Positions 52,210 to 61,317 of a stretch of 64,000 bases of DNA are shown here, piece by piece. Below the pieces are notes generated by a model that did no database searches, was not told the DNA's origin, and saw nothing but the letters and a program-made list of their open reading frames with translations. This DNA is from Candidatus Hydrogenedentota bacterium (GTDB lineage: Bacteria > Hydrogenedentota > Hydrogenedentia > Hydrogenedentales > SLHB01). The first letter of the stretch is position 1. Each line of letters begins with the position of its first letter. Where the stretch lies: the NCBI GenBank assembly GCA_045863295.1, contig BTWA01000006.1, positions 163,431 through 227,430 of the forward strand, read 5' to 3'. The position numbers and the translations under genes were made by a program.

Positions 52210-53472
52210 ATGCTGCACCCTAATCCGGTGGAATTGAGTGGCCCTAAGATGTTACACGATAACAACATACAGCCAACACCACGCCATGGGTGGTTGAGTC
52301 GGGCTGCCTTGGTGCCAGAGAATCTCTGGCACCTCAGGGCCTTCATCTTTGTGGCCATGTTGACAGCCTTTGGGCTCGAGCTCGTGGCCCGAAGCATGCG
52401 AAGCACCCCGATTTGGGAGGGAAACATTCCAGAGACGATTAGTCTCTTTGCATTGCTGCTTCTGTGCGGTTCGGCCCTCTTCCTCATCTTCCTCCTGGAG
52501 GGCCACCATGTATTGAAGACCATGGTCTCTTTTGCCGCGTTTGTCCTCGTATTTGCACAACTGTTGGCCTTGGCACGCGATACCTTTGCATCACCCGCAT
52601 TTCATGCATGGAGTAAGCCGATTGAGGGACCGCTTTTCCTTGCGGGCGTAATACTGCTGCTTACGACCTTTTACTATGCGCTCTTGGAAACCGTATCCGT
52701 CAAAGCCCTTCTCCGCCGGGAACAAGGCGAACTCTATTCCGAAATAGCCAAACGCGTGCAAATTCAGTCTGAATTGGAGATTTCGCGCGACCAGTTGCGC
52801 CAACTGACCGGCCATGTGGAATCGGTCCGCGAACAGGAGCGCGCCCGCATTGCCAGGGAGATTCATGACGAACTCGGGCAAACCCTGACCAGTCTGAAGA
52901 TCGACTTGGCCAGTCTCTCCGATCAGTTGGCGGCCAGGCCGGATTTGGCGTCAACCGCGCTCGAGACCATTGAGTCCATGAAACAACAAATAAACACAAC
53001 CGTGATCGCAACCCGCCGAATCATGTCAGAGTTGCACCCGGTCATCCTCGATGATCTGGGCCTCGAAGCGGCGTTGGAATGGCTGTCTGCGGACTTTCAA
53101 AGCCGGAACAATATCCCCTGTGTCATCCGGATTGAAAACGCGGAACGAGTCACGGCGCCGGCGCACAAATCCGCAATATTTCGCATTGTGCAGGAGTGTC
53201 TTACCAACATTATGCGCCATGCAAACGCGACCCAGGCGGAAATCACGATAGAAGTCACGCCACTGCATGTGAATTTATCCGTAGTGGACAATGGGTGCGG
53301 TATCCAGAACGGTGCCTTGAACGGCCGTTCAAAGTCGTTCGGCCTCCTGGGAATGCGTGAGCGGGTCACCCTTTTGAACGGCCAATTCACCGTTCAGTCC
53401 ATGCCGAACGAAGGCACGCGAATCGCCGTAGTCTTGCCCTTGACCGGCGAAGGCAAACCGGAATTTGCGTAA
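52210..53472 (+). CDS. Membrane sensor histidine kinase (HisKA_3, UhpB/NarX-like)
   Basis: Four TM segments; ERARIAREIHDELGQ, QECLTNIMRHA, DNGCG, FGLLGMRER; start uncertain. Confidence 0.93.
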   Translation: MLHPNPVELSGPKMLHDNNIQPTPRHGWLSRAALVPENLWHLRAFIFVAMLTAFGLELVARSMRSTPIWEGNIPETISLFALLLLCGSALFLIFLLEGHHVLKTMVSFAAFVLVFAQLLALARDTFASPAFHAWSKPIEGPLFLAGVILLLTTFYYALLETVSVKALLRREQGELYSEIAKRVQIQSELEISRDQLRQLTGHVESVREQERARIAREIHDELGQTLTSLKIDLASLSDQLAARPDLASTALETIESMKQQINTTVIATRRIMSELHPVILDDLGLEAALEWLSADFQSRNNIPCVIRIENAERVTAPAHKSAIFRIVQECLTNIMRHANATQAEITIEVTPLHVNLSVVDNGCGIQNGALNGRSKSFGLLGMRERVTLLNGQFTVQSMPNEGTRIAVVLPLTGEGKPEFA

Positions 53473-53486
53473 TGGAGGTAATGTCG

Positions 53487-54131
53487 ATGCAATCCACGAA
53501 CTGCAAGATACTTGTGGCGGACGACCACGCGGTGGTGCGCAAGGGAATCATACAGATTCTCGAGGCGACGCCGGATCTGTCGGTTGAAGGAGAAGCGTCG
53601 AACGGGGCCGAAATGATCGAGTTAGTTCGATCCCAGGAATGGGATGCCCTGATCATGGATTTGCACATGCCCGGCGTGGGTGGAATCGATCTTCTCAGAC
53701 AGGTAAACGCATTGCGGCCGAAATTGCCCGTGCTTATCTTGACTGTACAACCGGAAGATGTTTACGCCAAGAGACTGCTGCAGGCCGGCGCCGCGGGTTA
53801 CCTCACCAAGGAGAGCGTAACAGACGAACTGCTCACCGCAGTGCGCAAAATCTGCTCCGGCGGCCGTTTCGTGTCCCAATCCCTCGCGGAAAAGCTATTC
53901 TTCAGCAAGGAAGGCGAAAATGGGCGAGCCCCGCATGAAGCGTTGTCCGACCGTGAATTTGAGGTGCTGCGTCTTCTCGCATCCGGCATGACCCCGACCG
54001 AAATTGCGCATAAACTATGTCTGAGTGTAAAAACCGTGAGTACCTATCGCGCCCGCATTTTGGACAAAATGGATATGAAGACAAACGCGGAGCTAATGCG
54101 GTATGCCATTAAGAATGAATTGGTGGATTAG
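53487..54131 (+). CDS. NarL/UvrY-family response regulator (REC + LuxR HTH)
   Basis: LVADDHAVVRKG, MDLHMPG, GYLTK, LSDREFEVL...LSVKTVSTYRARIL. Confidence 0.95.
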   Translation: MQSTNCKILVADDHAVVRKGIIQILEATPDLSVEGEASNGAEMIELVRSQEWDALIMDLHMPGVGGIDLLRQVNALRPKLPVLILTVQPEDVYAKRLLQAGAAGYLTKESVTDELLTAVRKICSGGRFVSQSLAEKLFFSKEGENGRAPHEALSDREFEVLRLLASGMTPTEIAHKLCLSVKTVSTYRARILDKMDMKTNAELMRYAIKNELVD

Positions 54132-54207
54132 TGAACGCTGAAGCATTAGAGATACAAAAGGGGAAAATACGCATGGCGGCAACGCGCTGCGCCCCACTGG
54201 AAGCGAA

Positions 54208-54612
54208 GTGAGTATGACGGAATCAGCGCCAATTCGAGTACTGGTCGTAGACGACCATGCGGCGGTGCGAAGTAGCATCGTACGGCTCTTTTCAAGATAT
54301 CAGGATCTCAATGTCACCGGAGAAGCCTTTGACGGCTCCCAAGTTCTCGATATGGCCAAACAAGGCGACTTTGATCTGGTTTTGCTGGACATTTCCATGC
54401 CCGGCAAGAATGGTCTCGATGTCCTGCGCGAACTGAAACACGAGTTGCCGCAACTGCCGGTAATCATGCTTAGCATCCATTCACGTGAAGAATACCGATC
54501 CCAGGCCATGGCCTTGGGCGCTTCCGCGTACGTCGCAAAGGACCGCGCTGCCGAAGACTTGATTGGCGTGGTTCGACGCATAACGAAGCGCGGCGCGCCG
54601 CCCGCCGTGTAA
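54208..54612 (+). CDS. Stand-alone receiver-domain protein (NarL-type REC with no HTH)
   Basis: LVVDDHAAVR, LDISMPG, MLS, AYVAK; ends after the REC domain. Confidence 0.88.
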   Translation: MSMTESAPIRVLVVDDHAAVRSSIVRLFSRYQDLNVTGEAFDGSQVLDMAKQGDFDLVLLDISMPGKNGLDVLRELKHELPQLPVIMLSIHSREEYRSQAMALGASAYVAKDRAAEDLIGVVRRITKRGAPPAV

Positions 54613-54815
54613 GCACGACATCCATTCCCGTCAGGCAAAATCCGTCAGCCGATTTCGGGTTTCCCCTGCAAACCAACTCCCAAAGCGCCTACAGCGGGAA
54701 TCTCACCTATAAGGTACGATCATGACAGCACAAACGTGCTGATGCGGGAACGCTAAGAATTGTACCAAGGTGCTTGGGCCGGATAGGACTGGCACGCACA
54801 AGAAGGGAGGATTCC

Positions 54816-54881
54816 ATGGTCGCCTTGTTCTTCTTGCTACTGGCGTTGTTTTTCCAGGCATTCCAGTACACATATCTCTGA
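54816..54881 (+). CDS. Putative 21-aa hydrophobic micropeptide MVALFFLLLALFFQAFQYTYL
   Basis: RBS AAGGGAGG 5 nt upstream; followed by the palindrome TTGCGTTGCAACGCAA; similar to the peptide at 51517. Confidence 0.55.
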   Translation: MVALFFLLLALFFQAFQYTYL

Positions 54882-55144
54882 TTGCGTTGCAACGCAACCG
54901 GCGGAGCGGCAGGCTACGTGTAAAGCCCAGGCAAAAACCAGATTCCACGCAAACGCGCAACGTTTCATACCCGAGAATGAGAACGAAATCGCGCGGGAAC
55001 TTGGTGCCAAATATACACGTAGGCTGTCGCTCCGCGTGTCTGTCACAATTACGGCATTGCCGCAACTGCTCGAGTCCAAAATTGAAATCGCATTGTTGAT
55101 TTCCTGTGGCATCTGCTAATCTAGCGAGTGCAAGGAGATCCTTA

Positions 55145-57445
55145 ATGCGAATGCCGGGCGCAATCCTGCATCTGCTGTCGATAGTTCTTCTATGGGCCGT
55201 CACATGTTTTGTTGACGCCCGGGCCAGCTCACATGACCCGCATTGGTCATTGGTAGCACCCGATGAATCAGACCTTGCTGAATCGACCTCTACTTCCTGG
55301 CCCGTAAATGCGATTGACCTATATATACTCAACCGGTTGGAGCAGGAGAATCTTCTGCCGTCGCCAGAAGCCCCACGCGCAACGTTGATTCGAAGGCTGA
55401 ATCTTGACCTGATTGGGCTTCCCCCTTCTCTCTCCGAGGTGCAGACCTTTCTGAGTGACGAAAGCCCCAATGCGTATGAAGTACTGGTGGATCGCATCCT
55501 TGCCAGTCCACACTTTGGAGAAAAATGGGCCCGTTGGTGGCTTGACCTCGCGGCGTATGCCGACAGCGACGGTTACCTCTCTGACTTCTTGCGCCCGAAT
55601 GCGTGGATATACCGAGATTGGGTCGTTGGCGCCTTCAATGCCAACATGCCATTTGATCAATTCACCATAGAGCAACTCGCGGGGGATCTGTTGCCGGACG
55701 CTACCGTTTCCCAACGCACAGCCACGGGATTCCTCCGGAATACCCTGAGCAACCGGGAGGGCGGCGCCGACCTCGAAGAGTTTCGTGTGAGGCAGGTGGT
55801 TGCACGGACCAGCGCTGTTGGGACGGTTTGGCTCGGTCTTACCCTGGGTTGTGCCGAGTGCCACGATCACAAGTTCGACCCCATATCGCAAAAGGAATTC
55901 TATTCCTTGTTCGCTTTCTTTAATTCGGCGGACGAGATAAATGTCAATGCACCCACGGAAGAGCAATCGCGCCTCTATCAGGCCGCGCGTCCCGCCTATG
56001 AGGAAAAGCGCAAAACTATCTTGAGCCCAATCGAGCGGGAACTCGCCGCGTTACAAGCGGAATGGGAGCGCCAGATGCTCGAGGCCGTCGACAATCCAGA
56101 CACGGCCGATCATCGCTGGCTGCGGACATGGGAAGTGCTGGGGCTGGTATGGGGCCAGAATTTTGGCGAAGGTCAGCATGAAGGCACCGTTATTGTCCGT
56201 ACGCCGTCTGATCGCCGCACTCGTGAGGAATCTGAACGGTTACAGGACTACTTTCTGGCCAATGGATCGATCGTGAATGAATCAAAGTGGGCTGAACTCA
56301 AGCTAAGTGAAATTTCACGTCAGATTGACGAACTGAATGCCACGCTCCCCAAATGGAACCGAGCCCCCGCCATGGCTCAAGCTCGAGAGCCGCGACCGAC
56401 GTTTATCCATCGCCGCGGCGATTTTCGATCTCGTGGCGATGAGGTCACTCCGGATACCCCGGCCGTATTGCCGCCCCTCAATCCACACGACATCCCCACT
56501 CGACTGGATCTGGCGCGTTGGCTTGTACGCCGCGACAACCCCCTCACGGCTCGGGTTATCGTCAATCAATTCTGGCAGGAACTCTTCGGGAGAGGACTCG
56601 TCGCGACGAGTGACGATTTTGGTACACGAGGCGCCAAACCCTCCCATCCCGATCTACTCGACCGTCTAGCCATTGACTTCATGGAGGACGGGTGGAATGT
56701 CAAGAACTTGATGAAGCGAATTGTCATGTCCGCGACCTATCGTCAGTCATCCGACCGCCGACCGGAATTGAATAACACCGATCCCGGCAACGTGTTGTTG
56801 GCGCGGCAGTCTCGCCTCCGGTTGCATGCGGAATCCATCCGTGACTCTGCCTTGTATGCGGGCGGCCTGTTGAATACGGTACTGGGCGGACCCAGCGTAC
56901 GGCCGCCCCAGCCGGACAGCGTTTCCATGGAAGGATTCATGAACACATGGACCCCAAGCGAAGGCGAGGATCGGTACCGGCGCAGCCTGTATACCTTTCT
57001 GCAACGCACGTCGCCTTTTGGCTCGTATGTCACTTTCGACCTGCCCGATGTCAATCGCCCATGTACCCGGCGCGAACGATCGAATACACCACTTCAAGCC
57101 CTAAACCTGTTGAATGACCCATCCTACGTTGAGGCCGCGGGCGGCCTGGCCCGGCGAATTGAATCGTTCGCTTTACAAAGAGTACGCCAAACCGGATCGG
57201 TCAGCGTGGATGACTGCATTGACCATGCATTCCAACTGGCCCTGGCACGACCCGCTTCACCAAACGAGCGTGCTCGGCTTGCGCGCTATCTGGACGAACA
57301 GGCCGCCTTGTTCGCACGGGATCCAAAAACTGCGCCACAACTGGTCAGCGATCGCAGGGATCCCTCCAGCGCCGTGGAGCCGGCGGCGTGGACTGCGTTG
57401 TGCAGCGTCATTCTAAATCTCGATGAATTCATTACGAGGGAATAA
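55145..57445 (+). CDS. DUF1549/DUF1553 (planctomycete PSD1-type) protein
   Basis: HFGEKWARWWLDLAAYADSDG, CAECHDHKFDP, NPLTARVIVN, RSNTPLQALNLLND, LNLDEFITRE. Confidence 0.92.
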   Translation: MRMPGAILHLLSIVLLWAVTCFVDARASSHDPHWSLVAPDESDLAESTSTSWPVNAIDLYILNRLEQENLLPSPEAPRATLIRRLNLDLIGLPPSLSEVQTFLSDESPNAYEVLVDRILASPHFGEKWARWWLDLAAYADSDGYLSDFLRPNAWIYRDWVVGAFNANMPFDQFTIEQLAGDLLPDATVSQRTATGFLRNTLSNREGGADLEEFRVRQVVARTSAVGTVWLGLTLGCAECHDHKFDPISQKEFYSLFAFFNSADEINVNAPTEEQSRLYQAARPAYEEKRKTILSPIERELAALQAEWERQMLEAVDNPDTADHRWLRTWEVLGLVWGQNFGEGQHEGTVIVRTPSDRRTREESERLQDYFLANGSIVNESKWAELKLSEISRQIDELNATLPKWNRAPAMAQAREPRPTFIHRRGDFRSRGDEVTPDTPAVLPPLNPHDIPTRLDLARWLVRRDNPLTARVIVNQFWQELFGRGLVATSDDFGTRGAKPSHPDLLDRLAIDFMEDGWNVKNLMKRIVMSATYRQSSDRRPELNNTDPGNVLLARQSRLRLHAESIRDSALYAGGLLNTVLGGPSVRPPQPDSVSMEGFMNTWTPSEGEDRYRRSLYTFLQRTSPFGSYVTFDLPDVNRPCTRRERSNTPLQALNLLNDPSYVEAAGGLARRIESFALQRVRQTGSVSVDDCIDHAFQLALARPASPNERARLARYLDEQAALFARDPKTAPQLVSDRRDPSSAVEPAAWTALCSVILNLDEFITRE

Positions 57446-57448
57446 TCC

Positions 57449-58888
57449 ATGCCCTGCAACCACTTCTCACCCATTCACAGCCGGCGCGACTTTTTTCGGT
57501 CGTGCGCAGGCGGTATCGGTTCGATTGCTTTGTGGCATTTGATGCAATCAGAAATGGCTCCCGCACACGCGGCAATCAACCCCAATGAGTTACGCCCCCC
57601 GCACTTTACGCCACGCGCGAAGAACGTCATTTTTCTTTTCATGGCAGGCGCGCCATCCCAGGTCGATATGCTGGATCCGAAACCCGAAATGAAGAAATGG
57701 CACGGTCAACCGGTACCCCCAAGCCTTCTGTCCGGTCTGAACGACGCTGTCATCAAAAACTCCGCCACGGTCATGGCCAGCCCCCGCACGTTCCAACGAT
57801 CGGGTGACTCCGGCGCCGAATTCTCTGACTTCCTGCCACACACGGCGACCGTGTCCGACGATCTCTGCATCATCCGCTCGATGCACACGGATGTAAACGA
57901 GCACCACTCTGCCCAATTACTGATGAATTGCGGAGTGCCGGTGCCGGGACACCCCTGCATGGGATCGTGGGCCATGTACGGGCTCGGCAGCGAGTGCAAT
58001 GACCTGCCCGGATTTATCGTGCTCACCTCCAACTCCGGAAAAGGCATTGACGGCGGAAGCTCGCTCTGGTCCAATGGTTTTATGCCTTCGGAGTACCGGG
58101 GTGTCACCTTGCGCAACAGCGGCGATCCGGTCCTCTTTCTCAACAACCCGCCCGGTATCAGCCCGGATACGCAACGGCTCCGGCTCGATGCGCTGCGCGA
58201 CTTAAACCTCGAACACGAAGCCAAAACCGGCGACTACGAAATTGCGTCACGAATTGCGTCCTACGAAATGGCGTTTCGCATGCAGATGGCCGTGCCAGGA
58301 CTGCTTGATTACAGCGATGAACACCCGGAAACGTTGGCCTCGTATGGAATCGATCGGGATATCACACGGCCATTTGGCTCCAACTGTCTTCTCGCACGTC
58401 GCCTCATTGAACGCGGAGTGCGGTTTATTCAGCTCTACCATTCCACCTGGGACGATCATGCGGATCTGAATGCCAACCTCAAAGTAAATTGCGAGATGAC
58501 TGACCTGCCAACCGCGGCGCTTATCCAAGATCTCAAGCGTCGCGGACTGCTTGAAGATACGCTCGTGATTTGGGGCGGCGAGTTCGGGCGGACGCCTATG
58601 AACGAAGTGCGGCGTGGCAACGTCGCTGGCAAGGAAGGACGCGATCACCACCCCTATGCATTCACCATGTGGATGGCGGGTGGCGGCATCCGGGGAGGTC
58701 AGGTGGTCGGCGCTACCGATGACTTTGGCTACCACATCACTGAAGATCCCATTCACGTCCACGATCTTCAGGCTACGGCGTTGCACTGCCTCGGAATCGA
58801 CCACACACGACTAACCTACCGCCATCAAGGCAGGGATTTCCGATTGACCGACGTCGCCGGCGAAGTCGTTGGCAAGCTTCTGGCCTGA
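57449..58888 (+). CDS. DUF1501 domain protein with a Tat-like signal
   Basis: SRRDFF, KNVIFLFMAGAPSQVD, LLARRLIERGVRF, GGEFGRTP, GRDHHP. Confidence 0.93.
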   Translation: MPCNHFSPIHSRRDFFRSCAGGIGSIALWHLMQSEMAPAHAAINPNELRPPHFTPRAKNVIFLFMAGAPSQVDMLDPKPEMKKWHGQPVPPSLLSGLNDAVIKNSATVMASPRTFQRSGDSGAEFSDFLPHTATVSDDLCIIRSMHTDVNEHHSAQLLMNCGVPVPGHPCMGSWAMYGLGSECNDLPGFIVLTSNSGKGIDGGSSLWSNGFMPSEYRGVTLRNSGDPVLFLNNPPGISPDTQRLRLDALRDLNLEHEAKTGDYEIASRIASYEMAFRMQMAVPGLLDYSDEHPETLASYGIDRDITRPFGSNCLLARRLIERGVRFIQLYHSTWDDHADLNANLKVNCEMTDLPTAALIQDLKRRGLLEDTLVIWGGEFGRTPMNEVRRGNVAGKEGRDHHPYAFTMWMAGGGIRGGQVVGATDDFGYHITEDPIHVHDLQATALHCLGIDHTRLTYRHQGRDFRLTDVAGEVVGKLLA

Positions 58889-58895
58889 GTCTCCG

Positions 58896-59501
58896 CTATA
58901 CGCTCTGGCCAAGGAGCGCTTTGGCATCCACCGTCACAAATAATTCGTACGGAATGTCCTGAGTGGGCACTGATTGAAACGTTATTTCGAATTCAAACTT
59001 CGGACAACCGCCAGACTGTGGCGAATCGTTTTGCCGGATAATGGCAAGCAAATCGATAGCGTCCGCGGGGATGATTTCAATTACGCTGCCAAATCCCGCC
59101 GGGTTGGTGGCTTCACCAATAAGGACAGCCGGCTGCGGGATACCCAAAACTGGTGCCGGCACAAAGGTCACTTTCAATCCGCTGATAAAATTGAAATTTC
59201 CGCTAGCGGACTCCATTTCCACCGCAAGAAGTTCAAGGCCGCTCACGCGAATGAACTCAGACAGGTCGATCCCCTGCACCTCCTGTTTGAAAATGCTGTT
59301 AATATCCTCCTCCGTGGGAAAATCACAGGCAAATTGTTGTGCCGGTATGGTGACCGCCTTGCTGGTAAAAATGGAAGTTGCGAGTGTCCCCTGCGCGACA
59401 GGCGTGGTAATCTGCACAGGGCCCACTTCGACGCCGCCCGGCAAGCACCCGAACGACAGAATCAGCACGCCAAGGAGAGGTACGAATCGAATGGTCTTCA
59501 T
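58896..59501 (-). CDS. Hypothetical lipoprotein
   Basis: MKTIRFVPLLGVLILSFGC lipobox; beta-rich body. Confidence 0.75.
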   Translation of the reverse strand: MKTIRFVPLLGVLILSFGCLPGGVEVGPVQITTPVAQGTLATSIFTSKAVTIPAQQFACDFPTEEDINSIFKQEVQGIDLSEFIRVSGLELLAVEMESASGNFNFISGLKVTFVPAPVLGIPQPAVLIGEATNPAGFGSVIEIIPADAIDLLAIIRQNDSPQSGGCPKFEFEITFQSVPTQDIPYELFVTVDAKALLGQSV

Positions 59502-59561
59502 GGTATGGCCTTCCGGTGGTGACAGCTTGCCCATGTAGTGTACCCGGAAAACCCGCAAATC

Positions 59562-61064
59562 TTACCGCATATTCCCAATAGCCTGGCGAGTAGCGAGCAT
59601 AATACTGATAAATCCTAGAACCGCGAGAAATTCGGTCAAAGAATTATTGCGGAAATTCAAACCCGCCCCATTAATGTCTTCATATTTTGCGCTCGGGCTG
59701 GCGCGGTATCCCGAATCGGGGCCGTAGAGAATTCCCTCGCGGCCTTCGGCATCGCGAGCCTTTACCCAGTAATATTGGGTGTCGGCAAGTTTCAAGCTTG
59801 TCCCGGAGCACCCCCCCGATGAACCTGATCCCTTTCCGTCATCATTGTCAGTACCTGGGCTTGGATTCCCGGGGTTTCCACCGTCTCCCGGCGTTCCCCC
59901 ATTGCCCGGATCGCCACCGTCGCCGGGATCTCCGCCATCGCCAGGGTCACCTAGGTCTCCGGGATCTCCGCCGTCCCCCGGATCACCTGGGTCCCCGCCA
60001 TTCCCTGGATCGCCATCGCTGCCGGGATCGGTCGACTTCTCACCGTCGAACGCGAACGAGGTGGTAATCCATTCGGAAATCGGAATGGCCGTGCAGGGAT
60101 CGGGACTGGATGAGGCTAAGACTTGAAACTCCACTGCGGCGCCAACCGGATCCCATTCGATGAGAACCCCGTCCGGATCGGTGCCGTCGCTTGCTCGCAA
60201 GTTACTCACCTTTGGAGCATTCGGGCCGTCGGGTCCCTTCGAAATCACCAGGTCAATTTCCGTGTTCTGGGCTACGGCTTCCCCCGGCGTAATGCTCTGT
60301 TGCACAATCAGACCGTAGGCGAATTGACTGTTGAAGGCTTCAGTTACGCACCCGGCTTCAAGGCCTCTCCCGAGCAATTGATTCATTCCCGATTCCAGGT
60401 CGGCGCCGCGCAAGTCGGGTACTGTGTACTGTCCGTTCAAGTACATGGACGGCACGGACGCGTGTTGACCGGCAAAAATGGTCACCGACTTGGTATCACT
60501 GTCGTAATACCATTGCTTAGCCGAGCGCACATTATATGTTCCTGCGCCAAGACCCTGTGCACTGAATTGGCCGTTCGAATCCGTCGTCAGCGTAAACGCC
60601 ATGGAGCCGTCCTGCCGAGCTACGAAGACCGAGGCGCCGGCCACGGGTGCGCCGGTTGCCGCGGATAGAACGGTACCGCCCATCGAGCCCGGCAACTCCG
60701 AACGTAACGTAAACTGTCCGCTTTCGTCGCTGGATTGGCCATCGGTCGAACTGACCCGCATGGTATACTTGCCGGGTTCTTCGTTCTGCGTGGGAAACAA
60801 GGCGAGGCCGAGGTTTGGAACGGTTATGGTATTCACCACCTCGCCCGCTTCATTGACCAGTTCCAATTTGGCAAACAGGCCGATATTGCCGTTGAGGATT
60901 TCCCACGTAACCAGAATGGGCTGGCCGATCAGGAACTCGTCGCCCAGGATGGGGGTCAGGATTTTGATCAGCGGCAGTTCCAGCGCGACCGATACCGAGC
61001 AGGTGAGGCAGAGAATCGTCAAGGCGACGTGGAACCACTTCCGCTTGTACACGAAGTGCCTCAT
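59562..61064 (-). CDS. Surface protein: signal peptide, Ig-like, carboxypeptidase-regulatory-like, PASTA, FN3-like domain with Gly-X-Y insert, C-terminal TM anchor
   Basis: GTVLSAATGAPVAGA...TTDSNGQF; VPDLRG...LVISKG; ASDG...W...YYWVKA; hydrophobic tail followed by basic residues. Confidence 0.8.
   Translation of the reverse strand: MRHFVYKRKWFHVALTILCLTCSVSVALELPLIKILTPILGDEFLIGQPILVTWEILNGNIGLFAKLELVNEAGEVVNTITVPNLGLALFPTQNEEPGKYTMRVSSTDGQSSDESGQFTLRSELPGSMGGTVLSAATGAPVAGASVFVARQDGSMAFTLTTDSNGQFSAQGLGAGTYNVRSAKQWYYDSDTKSVTIFAGQHASVPSMYLNGQYTVPDLRGADLESGMNQLLGRGLEAGCVTEAFNSQFAYGLIVQQSITPGEAVAQNTEIDLVISKGPDGPNAPKVSNLRASDGTDPDGVLIEWDPVGAAVEFQVLASSSPDPCTAIPISEWITTSFAFDGEKSTDPGSDGDPGNGGDPGDPGDGGDPGDLGDPGDGGDPGDGGDPGNGGTPGDGGNPGNPSPGTDNDDGKGSGSSGGCSGTSLKLADTQYYWVKARDAEGREGILYGPDSGYRASPSAKYEDINGAGLNFRNNSLTEFLAVLGFISIMLATRQAIGNMR
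59862..60023 (-). repeat. Coding tandem repeat: 18 consecutive Gly-X-Y triplets (GDP/GDG/GNG)
   Basis: GSD GDP GNG GDP GDP GDG GDP GDL GDP GDG GDP GDG GDP GNG GTP GDG GNP GNP. Confidence 0.9.
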
Positions 61065-61317
61065 TAACTGTACTGAACTACCGTGGCTATTGAGAAAAAC
61101 AAGATTGACCTCTTCCGGGTATTCGGAATTTGCACCCATTACAGCCCGAATCAACGATTGGAGAAGCAGGTTTTGTGCCTTGTTGATTTGACTGGGTGCG
61201 ACTACCGGGTTAAGTTATTCGTACTACAGGGTTTGTAAGGGTATTTCCGACCCTGTGCAGGCGGACCACAATTAGTCACTTTTGCATAAACCATATTCAG
61301 ATGGGGCAATTTTTTGT

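Noticed and set aside
54703..55112. ORFs 54770..55099 (+), 54703..55497 (-) and 54837..55112 (-)
   Set aside because: No motifs or good RBS; the strong RBS in this gap points to the 21-aa frame at 54816.
59862..60023. Repeat tract as a CRISPR array or non-coding repeat
   Set aside because: Degenerate 9-nt coding periodicity, no spacers, no cas genes.
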